Below, in pieces: positions 8,720-16,717 of a DNA stretch of 64,000 nt; the first letter of the stretch is position 1; every line of letters begins with the position of its first letter. The stretch is taken from contig CAZUSA010000001.1 in assembly GCA_964622835.1 (NCBI GenBank), positions 50,831 to 114,830 of the forward strand, written 5' to 3'. The notes beneath the pieces are model-generated. The model worked only from the letters and a program-made list of their open reading frames with translations, was not told where the DNA came from and did no database searches. Origin of the DNA: Candidatus Woesearchaeota archaeon (lineage in GTDB: Archaea; Nanobdellota; Nanobdellia; SCGC-AAA011-G17; UBA489). Position numbers and translations under genes: made by a program.

Positions 8720-10792
8720 ATGTGTGGTATTATTGGTAGTTTGGAACGAAGCAATCATGAAAAAGAAGCTACAATAGCATTAGCTCGTATTGCGTATCGT
8801 GGTAAAGATGCGCAACAGACGAAGAGTACAACAACAAGTACGTTTGCTCATTGTTTACATGCTATTGTTGGTAATGCACCGCAACCCTTAGTGCATAATG
8901 AATGGATCTTTGGTGCTAATTGTGAAATTTATAATTGGAAGGAACTCAAAGAACAATACAATCTTGCAGGTGATAATGATGCTGAAATACTCTTTAGTTT
9001 GTTACAACTACAAGAAACCCTTACTGAAGATGCTCTTAATGCGTTGTTTAAAGAAATAGATGGTGTCTTTGCTTTTTTCTTGCATAATACTAAAGAAAAC
9101 TACACAATTCTTGCACGTGATAGTTTAGGCATAAAACCCTTATGGTTTGCTAATACAGATGGGTTACTCTTTGCATCGGAACGAAAGGCTATTGCTTCTG
9201 AAACGGTTGAACCTGAAGAGTTGAATCCACGTAAAATTATCAAGTATGATCATAGTACCAAAGAAGTAATGTTGTGGCATCAAACATTTTTTACGATCAC
9301 ACACAATCCATCATATAATAATACAGAAGGAAAGAAAGAACTCGAAACATTACTTACTACTGCAGTAACGAAAAGAATTCCTCAAAAGAAGTTGGGTATT
9401 TTATTTTCTGGTGGATTCGATTCAACAATGCTTGCATGGATGCTAACACAACAAAAGATTCCGTTTACTGCATATATGACGCTTGCTGAAGGCAAAGAGA
9501 ATGAACAAGAAAATGCTGAGCGTATTGCTAAAGAGTTAGATTTCCCGTTAACGATTATTCCTGTTACGGAAGAAAGATTAAAAGCAGCATTACCTACTAT
9601 TATTACAACGATTGAATCTGCTGATCCTATTAAGGTTGAAGTGGGTGCGGTTATGTATTTTGCATTAGAAGAAGCAAAGAAAGACAACATTAAGGTTATT
9701 TTTTCTGGTGTTGGTGCGGATGATTTGTTTATGGGCTATGGTCGTATGCATAATCATCAAAATGGTAGTTTAGATTCCTTATCGAGTTTAAGAAAACTCT
9801 ATGAGAAGGATTTGTATCGTGATGATGTTTTGACGATGGCACAGAGTATTGAATTACGTTTACCTTACTTGGATAAGACATTAGTTCAAGCGTGTTTGAA
9901 CATTCCAAACGAATACAAGACAGGCGAAGTTCCCAAGTCATTACTACGCACTATTGCAATAGAGATGGGAATGCCGGAATCATTAACAACGTTAAAACGT
10001 AATGCCGCTCAGTATAGTAGTGGTCTCGGTCGGTTAGCAAAGAAATTGGTAAAGAAGGAGTACAAAGGAACCTATTATGGTACCATCTTAGGAAGAGCAA
10101 ATAGTAAACTCGGTGTATTATTTTCTTCAGGAAAGGACAGTGTCTACGCCTTACACATCCAACAGCGGTTACAATATGAAACAGCATGTTTGATTACGAT
10201 GGATAGCCACAATAAGGATTCATTTATGTTTCATACGCCAGCGATTGAACGTGCGGAAATACAGGCTGAATCATTAGGTATTCCGTTAATTCTTGAAAAA
10301 ACGCAGGGTGAGGAAGAAAAGGAGCTTGCTGATTTAGAACGGGCAATGCAACGGGCGAAGGATGAGTATAAGATCCAAGGTATTGTTACAGGAGCAATCT
10401 TTTCTAATTATCAACGAACACGTATTGAAGAGTTGTGTGATCAATTAAATCTTAAATGCTATTCTCCGTTGTGGCACATGGATCAACATACTGAGTTAAA
10501 GAACTTACTGAAAGAAGGGTTTAAGATTGTTATGACGAAAGTTGCTGCAGATGGATTAGACAGTTCGTGGTTAAACAAAGTAATGACTGAAGAAACGATT
10601 ACACAGTTACAAGAAGTTGAAAAGAAAGTAGGTATCAATGTTGCTGGTGAGGGTGGAGAGTTTGAAACGTTTGTATTAGATGCTCCGTTATTCAATAATG
10701 TGTTAACGATTACGAAGTCTTCTATTGAGGAAGATACAGATGGTGCGGCAACATTAATCATTGAATCCTTGGAATCAAAAAAGAAAGATTAA
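8720..10792 (+). CDS. Fusion protein: class-II glutamine amidotransferase + asparagine-synthetase-like PP-loop domain + C-terminal Dph6-like diphthine-ammonia ligase domain
   Basis: MCGIIG N-terminal nucleophile with FASERKAI (AsnB GATase). LFSGGFDSTML (AsnB SGGxDS PP-loop). Second PP-loop VLFSSGKDSVYAL plus GEGGEFETFVLDAPLF, typical of the Dph6/MJ0570 ATP-binding family. Confidence 0.75.
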   Translation: MCGIIGSLERSNHEKEATIALARIAYRGKDAQQTKSTTTSTFAHCLHAIVGNAPQPLVHNEWIFGANCEIYNWKELKEQYNLAGDNDAEILFSLLQLQETLTEDALNALFKEIDGVFAFFLHNTKENYTILARDSLGIKPLWFANTDGLLFASERKAIASETVEPEELNPRKIIKYDHSTKEVMLWHQTFFTITHNPSYNNTEGKKELETLLTTAVTKRIPQKKLGILFSGGFDSTMLAWMLTQQKIPFTAYMTLAEGKENEQENAERIAKELDFPLTIIPVTEERLKAALPTIITTIESADPIKVEVGAVMYFALEEAKKDNIKVIFSGVGADDLFMGYGRMHNHQNGSLDSLSSLRKLYEKDLYRDDVLTMAQSIELRLPYLDKTLVQACLNIPNEYKTGEVPKSLLRTIAIEMGMPESLTTLKRNAAQYSSGLGRLAKKLVKKEYKGTYYGTILGRANSKLGVLFSSGKDSVYALHIQQRLQYETACLITMDSHNKDSFMFHTPAIERAEIQAESLGIPLILEKTQGEEEKELADLERAMQRAKDEYKIQGIVTGAIFSNYQRTRIEELCDQLNLKCYSPLWHMDQHTELKNLLKEGFKIVMTKVAADGLDSSWLNKVMTEETITQLQEVEKKVGINVAGEGGEFETFVLDAPLFNNVLTITKSSIEEDTDGAATLIIESLESKKKD

Positions 10793-10818
10793 TAATAGTT
10801 CTTCATACTACCACATAT

Positions 10819-10971
10819 ATGGTTATGATTATTAATGTTACGTGTACTAAATGTGGTAAAAGTCAAAATATGGAGATTAGAAATCCTCAGATGACTGCGT
10901 TTGATAAGCCTAATCTTAAAGGTAAACGTAAGAAATGCGTATGGTGTGAGAAGTCCTTTAAACTGTTATAA
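10819..10971 (+). CDS. Small zinc-ribbon protein (50 aa, CxxC...CxxC)
   Basis: ATG at 10819 to TAA at 10969-10971 encodes MVMIINVTCTKCGKSQNMEIRNPQMTAFDKPNLKGKRKKCVWCEKSFKLL. Below the 60-aa ORF-track cutoff. Confidence 0.4.
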   Translation: MVMIINVTCTKCGKSQNMEIRNPQMTAFDKPNLKGKRKKCVWCEKSFKLL

Positions 10972-11229
10972 TTAAGATTGTTCTATAACAACGGTTCCAG
11001 AAATTATTTTTGCTTGGCAACAAAGGCGTTGATTATCTTCAAGGTTCATGCCTTCTTCTGCTTCGTTTTTTGGTGAAAGGTTTTCCATACCGTCAACAAC
11101 AACTACTTTACACGTCCCACATCGACCATGTCGACAGCCAAAGCGTACACCCAATTGATCTGCTGCTGGTTGTATTGCGTCACCGTCAATAACATCTGCT
11201 GATGCATTTTCTTTTGTGAGTGTTGCCAT
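10972..11229 (-). CDS. 2Fe-2S ferredoxin (plant/adrenodoxin-like)
   Basis: CRHGRCGTCK (C-x4-C-x2-C) plus distal Cys in LCCQAKI. ORF track extends to 11295 but MATLTKEN (start 11229) is the more plausible start. Confidence 0.7.
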   Translation of the reverse strand: MATLTKENASADVIDGDAIQPAADQLGVRFGCRHGRCGTCKVVVVDGMENLSPKNEAEEGMNLEDNQRLCCQAKIISGTVVIEQS

Positions 11230-11312
11230 GTATTTTTGGGAGAAAAGAGCTTTATTAAGATTTGCTTTTACGTTTTCAATACGTTTATAAAACAACTATC
11301 TACCATAATGAA

Positions 11313-11618
11313 ATGCCTGCGTATAAACAGAAGTGTTATTTGTGTAAAGAGAACTGGGCGATTGTTCGGTATTCTCGACAAAAGTTTGTTGTTTGTAAAG
11401 AGTGTGAGATGAAGTCTGTTAAGACTGCAGTGAAAGATCCGACGATGAAAAAGATGTTTGCTCTTCCTCTTGATTGGTATGAAGAAAATGATTTCTTACG
11501 AAGTATTCGATATTCCTATGGCAAATGGGGTTCGCTAACAGAAAAGCAATTAGCAGCATTTAAGAAAACAGTTAAAGAATTGAAAGAAGAAACGAAAAAG
11601 AAGAAAGATTCAAAATAA
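11313..11618 (+). CDS. Small Cys4 zinc-finger protein, hypothetical
   Basis: CYLCKEN...CKECE motif. Likely start MPAYKQK at 11313 inside the longer ORF 11262..11618. Lys-rich C-tail. Confidence 0.45.
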   Translation: MPAYKQKCYLCKENWAIVRYSRQKFVVCKECEMKSVKTAVKDPTMKKMFALPLDWYEENDFLRSIRYSYGKWGSLTEKQLAAFKKTVKELKEETKKKKDSK

Positions 11619-11619
11619 G

Positions 11620-11700
11620 CGCCGCGACCCGGATTTGAACCGGGACGCCCGAAGGCCTGGATTAGCAATCCAGTGCAATACCAGATTATGCGATCGCGGC
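11620..11700 (-). tRNA. tRNA-Ser (anticodon GCU), class II with long variable arm, no encoded CCA
   Basis: Reverse complement folds as acceptor GCCGCGA/TCGCGGC, anticodon loop TTGCTAA, variable arm GCCTTCGGGCGT, T-arm CCCGG-TTCAAAT-CCGGG. 81 nt. Confidence 0.8.
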
Positions 11701-11733
11701 ATACGTTGAATTCCTAAGAAGTTCTTTAAAAAT

Positions 11734-12219
11734 CTAACTAAAATCAGCCATGGTGGGATTGACGACAGATAGCCAGTTTTTTGTATTCAATATCATGCTC
11801 ACGGTTTTTTCTCCTGCGTTGAAATCTATGGTTTCATTTGCTAATAAAGAGTTATCTACGTAGACTGGAATATCGAAGAGGTTACCAAAGGGAGGAACAC
11901 TGCCAGGTAAACAATCGGTTAATCGTACAACATCTTCTTCTGTTGCAAAGGTTACTGGCCCACCAAGGAGTGCTTTTGCTTTCTTAAAGTCTATGCGTTT
12001 TGCTGCTGAGATAATCAGTTGATAGGGTTTGTGATGAACCATAACAATCATGGCTTTCGCTCCTCGTTTCAAAATGTCTTCTGCTTTGATACCAAATAAT
12101 CGTTCTCGTACGGCTGCCGCTTCTTCAGACGTTCGCACGGGTTCATGATCAAAGACTTGATATTTAATATTATTTGTATCAAGAAGTTTCTTTATTTGGT
12201 GAAAGGTTGTATTGCTCAT
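11734..12219 (-). CDS. YbaK/ProX-family aminoacyl-tRNA deacylase (trans-editing protein)
   Basis: MSNTTFHQIKKLLDTNNIKYQVFDHEPVRTSEE... has the YbaK/ProX fold signature. The ORF-track N-terminal 30 aa are read-through across the adjacent tRNA gene; the true start ATG is at 12219. Confidence 0.7.
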   Translation of the reverse strand: MSNTTFHQIKKLLDTNNIKYQVFDHEPVRTSEEAAAVRERLFGIKAEDILKRGAKAMIVMVHHKPYQLIISAAKRIDFKKAKALLGGPVTFATEEDVVRLTDCLPGSVPPFGNLFDIPVYVDNSLLANETIDFNAGEKTVSMILNTKNWLSVVNPTMADFS

Positions 12220-12226
12220 AGTAAAG

Positions 12227-12307
12227 CGCCGCGGGCAGGATTTGAACCTACATGCCCGAAGGCCCGGTTTTCGAGACCGGTGCGATACCAGATTACGCGA
12301 CCGCGGC
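12227..12307 (-). tRNA. tRNA-Ser (anticodon CGA), class II, no encoded CCA
   Basis: Reverse complement: acceptor GCCGCGG/CCGCGGC, anticodon loop CTCGAAA, variable arm GCCTTCGGGC, T-loop TTCAAAT. 81 nt. About 80% identical to the GCU isoacceptor. Confidence 0.8.
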
Positions 12308-12397
12308 ATAGAAAGACCTTTTTAAACCACCTTTATCAATCTAACTATCGGAACATTTATAAAGAATAACCAAGTCATAAGGAGACAAATTCACTAC

Positions 12398-13267
12398 ATG
12401 ATGGTGACAACTAATATGGCTATACAACCCACAGGCAGAACAATAGAAGACGCCTTAAGAAATCTACCAGGCGGAAGAAAAAGAATAGGAGAGATAGTAA
12501 GAGGTATCCAAAATGGTGATCCCACAGCAGTACAAGAATTATACGCAGGATTGTACATTGATGCACAAACAGGTATTGGTAATAGACGTGCATTTGATGA
12601 AAAAATTGGAGAATTAGATAGTCATTCAATTGTTATTTCAGGAGATGTTTTAGGTCTCAAAGCAGCAAACGATAGCCCTGGCGGAACAGCTGCAGGAGAT
12701 CAGTTAATTAGTAGCACAGCAGAAGGTTTACAAGGAAGTCTGCGATTTGCTTCAAATTCTTATGAAGGACCTGATAAACGAACAAGTAAACAAACAGATT
12801 ATTTACAATGGATTGCAGATGATGGTCAAGCCTACAGAGTAGGTGGTGATGAATTTGCAGCAATTCTCCCAGACGTTTTACATCTTGCAATAGGTGGGAC
12901 AATTTTAGAAAGAACACAAAACCGATTTAACAATCCAAATAAACCCCTCAATGCAATTGCACTAAGCGGTGCAGCATATGCCCCAGGAATGGATCCCGAA
13001 GCAGTAAGAGCATTATCTGAAGACGGCATGTATGCAATGAAATATGGGTTATACAATGAAGATCCTAATAAGAGAAGGGATCGCACTGATGCACGTGGCA
13101 TCTTATCTGGTTTCGCATTAGCACACCCTGGTGGAAGATTTCAGTTATTTTTCCCAAAAGGACCAGATGGAGAAAAAAGAGTAGGATCCGCACGAACGCT
13201 TGAAGAAGGATTATTCCACATAACGTTCCCTGATGGACGTACTGAAGAATATCAGCGTAAAGAGTGA
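12398..13267 (+). CDS. Stand-alone GGDEF-domain protein (putative diguanylate cyclase), no sensor domain
   Basis: DAQTGIGNRRAFDEKI (D-x-LTGL-x-NRR-x-F), ISGDVLGLKAANDSPGGTAAGDQLI (substrate/metal-binding region), RVGGDEFAAIL (GGDEF), SEDGMYAMKYG (AD-x-ALY-x-AK region). No RxxD I-site. Confidence 0.7.
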   Translation: MMVTTNMAIQPTGRTIEDALRNLPGGRKRIGEIVRGIQNGDPTAVQELYAGLYIDAQTGIGNRRAFDEKIGELDSHSIVISGDVLGLKAANDSPGGTAAGDQLISSTAEGLQGSLRFASNSYEGPDKRTSKQTDYLQWIADDGQAYRVGGDEFAAILPDVLHLAIGGTILERTQNRFNNPNKPLNAIALSGAAYAPGMDPEAVRALSEDGMYAMKYGLYNEDPNKRRDRTDARGILSGFALAHPGGRFQLFFPKGPDGEKRVGSARTLEEGLFHITFPDGRTEEYQRKE

Positions 13268-13306
13268 AAGCCTAAACATTTATAATCAACCAAAAAACAA
13301 TGTAGG

Positions 13307-14989
13307 TTGGTGGTTAAACTAACAGAAAAACGATTAATTACAGCAGCATTACCCTATGTGAACAACATCCCCCATTTGGGACACATCGTAGGCTCACATT
13401 TACCTGCTGATATTTTTGCCAGATATTGTAGAAGTAAAGGATACGATACATTATTTATTGGTGGTACTGATGAAAATGGTACACCTGCATTATTAGCGGC
13501 TGAAGAACATAATATCCCGTTACCTAAATTTCTTGATACGATTTATGAAGTCCATAAGAAAATTTATGAATGGTTTAATATTTCGTATGATAATTTTTCT
13601 CGTACATCTAAAAAAATTCATGCCGAAACAACACAAGCATTTTTCAAAACGGTAGAAAAAAACGGCTTTGTTACGCAAGGTAGTGTCAAACAGTTTTATG
13701 ATGAAGAAAAAGAATTATTTTTAGCTGATCGGTATGTTACTGGAACCTGTGGCTATTGTAACTATGAACATGCTCGCGGTGACCAATGTGAAGAATGTGG
13801 CAACGTATTAGATACGACTACATTAAAGAATCCTGTATCAACAATCTCAAAGAAGACGCCTATTATCAAAGAATCTAATCATTTATTTTTAGATTATCCT
13901 AAACTTTCACCAAAACTACAAACATGGATTGAATCACAAACACATTGGCGTCATCAAGTACGTAATCTCGCATTAGGATGGTTAAAGGAAGGATTGAAAG
14001 AACGAAGTATTACGCGTGATCTCAAGAGTGGTATTCCCGTGCCGTTAGAAGGATTTGAGGATAAAGTATTTTATGTGTGGTTTGATGCGCCTATTGGGTA
14101 TATTTCTTCAACGAAAGAACATACACCAAAGTGGAAAGACTACTGGCAAAATAAAGACTCTCAAATCTATCATTTTGTTGGCAAGGATAACATTCCGTTC
14201 CATAGTATTTTTTGGCCTGCTTCATTAATAGCTCAAGGAGAATATAATTTACCGTATAATGTGGTTGGCTTACAATACCTTACCTTTGAAGGTGGTAAGT
14301 TTTCTAAAACCCATAAACGTGGTGTCTTTTGCGAACACTTAGAAAAGGCTAAGATTCCTGTAGATATTTTACGTGCGTATTTAACGTTTTTAATTCCTGA
14401 ATCTGATGATACAGAGTTTAAGTGGGATGAATTAGGTACGCGTGTCAATGCTGATATTATTGGGAATGTTGGTAATTTTATTAATCGAACATTAACCTAT
14501 GCAGCAAACAAGTGTGAGAGCACTATTCTTCAACCAACAAAACTAAACGAAGCTGATACAACCTTTGTTGCAGCAGTAAAGAAACAAGTTGATGTTATTG
14601 AGCAAGCATTTGAAGCTGTTGAATTACGTCAAGCATTACGTGAAGTCCTAAAACTTTCCGATATTGGTAATAAATATTTTAATGATCAACAACCGTGGGT
14701 TGTTATTAAAGAAGATAAACAACGTGCTCAGGAAATTGTGTATCAATGTAGTAATGTGTGTAAAACCTTAGCTATTGTTATAGCCCCTTTCCTTCCTGAA
14801 ACGGCAGAAAAAATTAACAAACAATTGAATATTACAACAGCGTGTACGTGGGAAGAACTTCAAAATCCACTACCAAAAAAGCATACGATCGGTACGCCAA
14901 AGGTCTTATTTGAAAAAATTACGCCTGAACATATTGAACAGTGGAAGAAAATAACTGCTGAAACGTCACCCGTGTCATCCTTTTTCTAA
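13307..14989 (+). CDS. metG: Methionyl-tRNA synthetase
   Basis: Class I HIGH motif (PYVNNIPHLGHIVGS), KMSKS-like KFSKTHKRG, four-Cys knuckle CGYCNYEH...CEECG. TTG/GTG start. Confidence 0.9.
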   Translation: MVVKLTEKRLITAALPYVNNIPHLGHIVGSHLPADIFARYCRSKGYDTLFIGGTDENGTPALLAAEEHNIPLPKFLDTIYEVHKKIYEWFNISYDNFSRTSKKIHAETTQAFFKTVEKNGFVTQGSVKQFYDEEKELFLADRYVTGTCGYCNYEHARGDQCEECGNVLDTTTLKNPVSTISKKTPIIKESNHLFLDYPKLSPKLQTWIESQTHWRHQVRNLALGWLKEGLKERSITRDLKSGIPVPLEGFEDKVFYVWFDAPIGYISSTKEHTPKWKDYWQNKDSQIYHFVGKDNIPFHSIFWPASLIAQGEYNLPYNVVGLQYLTFEGGKFSKTHKRGVFCEHLEKAKIPVDILRAYLTFLIPESDDTEFKWDELGTRVNADIIGNVGNFINRTLTYAANKCESTILQPTKLNEADTTFVAAVKKQVDVIEQAFEAVELRQALREVLKLSDIGNKYFNDQQPWVVIKEDKQRAQEIVYQCSNVCKTLAIVIAPFLPETAEKINKQLNITTACTWEELQNPLPKKHTIGTPKVLFEKITPEHIEQWKKITAETSPVSSFF

Positions 14990-15003
14990 CGAACTCCAAA
15001 GCT

Positions 15004-15011
15004 TTAAAAAG
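15004..15011 (+). promoter_or_regulatory. Archaeal TATA box (TTTAAAAA) about 26 nt upstream of initiator tRNA
   Basis: A/T box centred about -26 relative to tRNA position 1 at 15033. Confidence 0.35.
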
Positions 15012-15032
15012 CTCTCTTAATGCCTCTGCCAT

Positions 15033-15107
15033 AGCGAGGTAGAACAGTTAGGAGTGTTCGTTGGGCTCATAACCCAAAGGTCGGAGGTTCAAATCCTCCC
15101 CTCGCTA
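15033..15107 (+). tRNA. Initiator tRNA-Met (anticodon CAU)
   Basis: Acceptor AGCGAGG/CCTCGCT (A1:U72), anticodon loop CTCATAA, three consecutive G:C pairs in the anticodon stem (TTGGG/CCCAA), T-arm GGAGG-TTCAAAT-CCTCC. 75 nt, no CCA. Confidence 0.8.
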
Positions 15108-15118
15108 GCCTTCTCACT

Positions 15119-16036
15119 ATGAAAAACTTTCCAAAACTCAAAAATCCATTGATTGTAGCACCAATGGCTGAAGTATCGTCATTACCCTTTCGGATGTTGT
15201 GTAGAAAGTATGGTGCTGCGATGGCATATACAGAACAATTGTCTGCATTAGCGTTAACGCGTGATTCTGTTCGAACGATTGAGATGGCTGAAACGAGTAG
15301 TAACGATACACCTGTTGGTTTGCAATTGTTTGGTCGTAATCCTGACGTCTTAATTGAAGCAGCTAAAAAACACTATAAGAACTTTGATATTATTGATTTA
15401 AACATGGGGTGTCCTTCACGTAAGATTGTGCAAGAAGGGTACGGTTCTGCATTGTTAAAAGAGAAAAAAAAGATTACTGAAATTATTGAAGCGTTAGTTG
15501 ATAATATACCACGTCCTATTACGGTGAAGATGCGTTCTGGTTTTAAACATGAAGAAGCTGTTGTATTAGCAAAAGTTATAGAAAAAGCTGGAGCGAGTGC
15601 TCTTGCCATTCACGCACGTACACAAGAACAAGGATATCGTGGTCAAGCTGATTGGTCACGTATTAAAGCAGTAAAAGAAGCAGTGAGTATTCCTGTTATT
15701 GGTAATGGTGACATTGTTGATCCATTGTCAGCAGAAAAAATGTTGAAAGAGACCACGTGTGATTATGTTATGATTGCACGTGCTGCCCGTAATAATCCTT
15801 GGATCTTCAAACAAATATTACATTACTTTAAAACGAATGAAATATTGGAACAAACAAAAGAAGATAAAATACAATTATTTGATGAATATCTTGCTTGTGG
15901 TGAAACCAATATGAAACTCTTACGTATGCGTGCTATGGACTTTACGAAAGGTATCCAAGGTTCTGGTGTCTTACGTGATAATTTAGGACGTGCACGAACG
16001 ATTGAACAGCTTAAAGAACAGTTGCAAGAAGCCTAA
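15119..16036 (+). CDS. tRNA-dihydrouridine synthase (Dus family flavoenzyme)
   Basis: LIVAPMAEVSSLPFRMLCRKYGA N-terminus and catalytic NMGCP motif. Confidence 0.8.
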   Translation: MKNFPKLKNPLIVAPMAEVSSLPFRMLCRKYGAAMAYTEQLSALALTRDSVRTIEMAETSSNDTPVGLQLFGRNPDVLIEAAKKHYKNFDIIDLNMGCPSRKIVQEGYGSALLKEKKKITEIIEALVDNIPRPITVKMRSGFKHEEAVVLAKVIEKAGASALAIHARTQEQGYRGQADWSRIKAVKEAVSIPVIGNGDIVDPLSAEKMLKETTCDYVMIARAARNNPWIFKQILHYFKTNEILEQTKEDKIQLFDEYLACGETNMKLLRMRAMDFTKGIQGSGVLRDNLGRARTIEQLKEQLQEA

Positions 16037-16069
16037 TAGTTTATATATCAATATATTGATCACATTTCT

Positions 16070-16717
16070 ATGAAACTCTGTGGTTTAGATGAAGCAGGTC
16101 GCGGACCTATTATCGGGCCGTTAGTGGTTGCAGGCGTAGCTGTGGACGAATCAATGATACCCCAATTAAAAGAAATAGGTGTTAAAGATTCTAAGATGCT
16201 CACAAAGATCCAACGTGAGTCTATGTTTGAACAAATTAAAGCTATTAGCCATTATCATATTCTTATTGTTGAACCTGAGGAAATTGATGCTGCATTAAAC
16301 CATCCTGAACTGAATTTAAATTGGTTAGAGGGATTAAAGATGGCTGAAATCATTAATGAGTTAGAGCCAGAAAAGGCTATTATTGATGCGCCAAGTAATA
16401 ATATTCCTGCGTTTACTGAATTTTTAAAGAAACAAATAACAAACAAAGATATTCAATTAACATTAGAACATAAGGCTGATGAAAAGTATGAAGTCTGTTC
16501 TGCTGCTTCTATTTTAGCAAAGGTCACAAGAGATAGAGAAATTGAAAGGATTAAAGACAAAGTAGGTGATTGTGGTTCAGGATATCCAAGTGATCCTAAA
16601 ACAAAAGAATTTGTTGAAAAGGAATGGAATAATCATAAAGAAATTTTTAGAACAACATGGGCGACGTACAAACGGTTTGCTAATGAAAAAAAACAGAAGA
16701 GTTTAGCTGACTATTGA
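16070..16717 (+). CDS. rnhB: Ribonuclease HII
   Basis: MKLCGLDEAGRGPIIGPLVVAGV N-terminus (DEAGRG catalytic motif). Confidence 0.85.
   Translation: MKLCGLDEAGRGPIIGPLVVAGVAVDESMIPQLKEIGVKDSKMLTKIQRESMFEQIKAISHYHILIVEPEEIDAALNHPELNLNWLEGLKMAEIINELEPEKAIIDAPSNNIPAFTEFLKKQITNKDIQLTLEHKADEKYEVCSAASILAKVTRDREIERIKDKVGDCGSGYPSDPKTKEFVEKEWNNHKEIFRTTWATYKRFANEKKQKSLADY

Noticed and set aside
11734-12309. Six-frame ORF giving a 191-aa protein with an Arg/Ser-rich N-terminus (MPRSRNLVSHRSRKPGL...)
   Set aside because: The first 30 codons are the antisense read-through of the tRNA-Ser(CGA) gene. The real start is the ATG at 12219 (MSNTTFHQ...).
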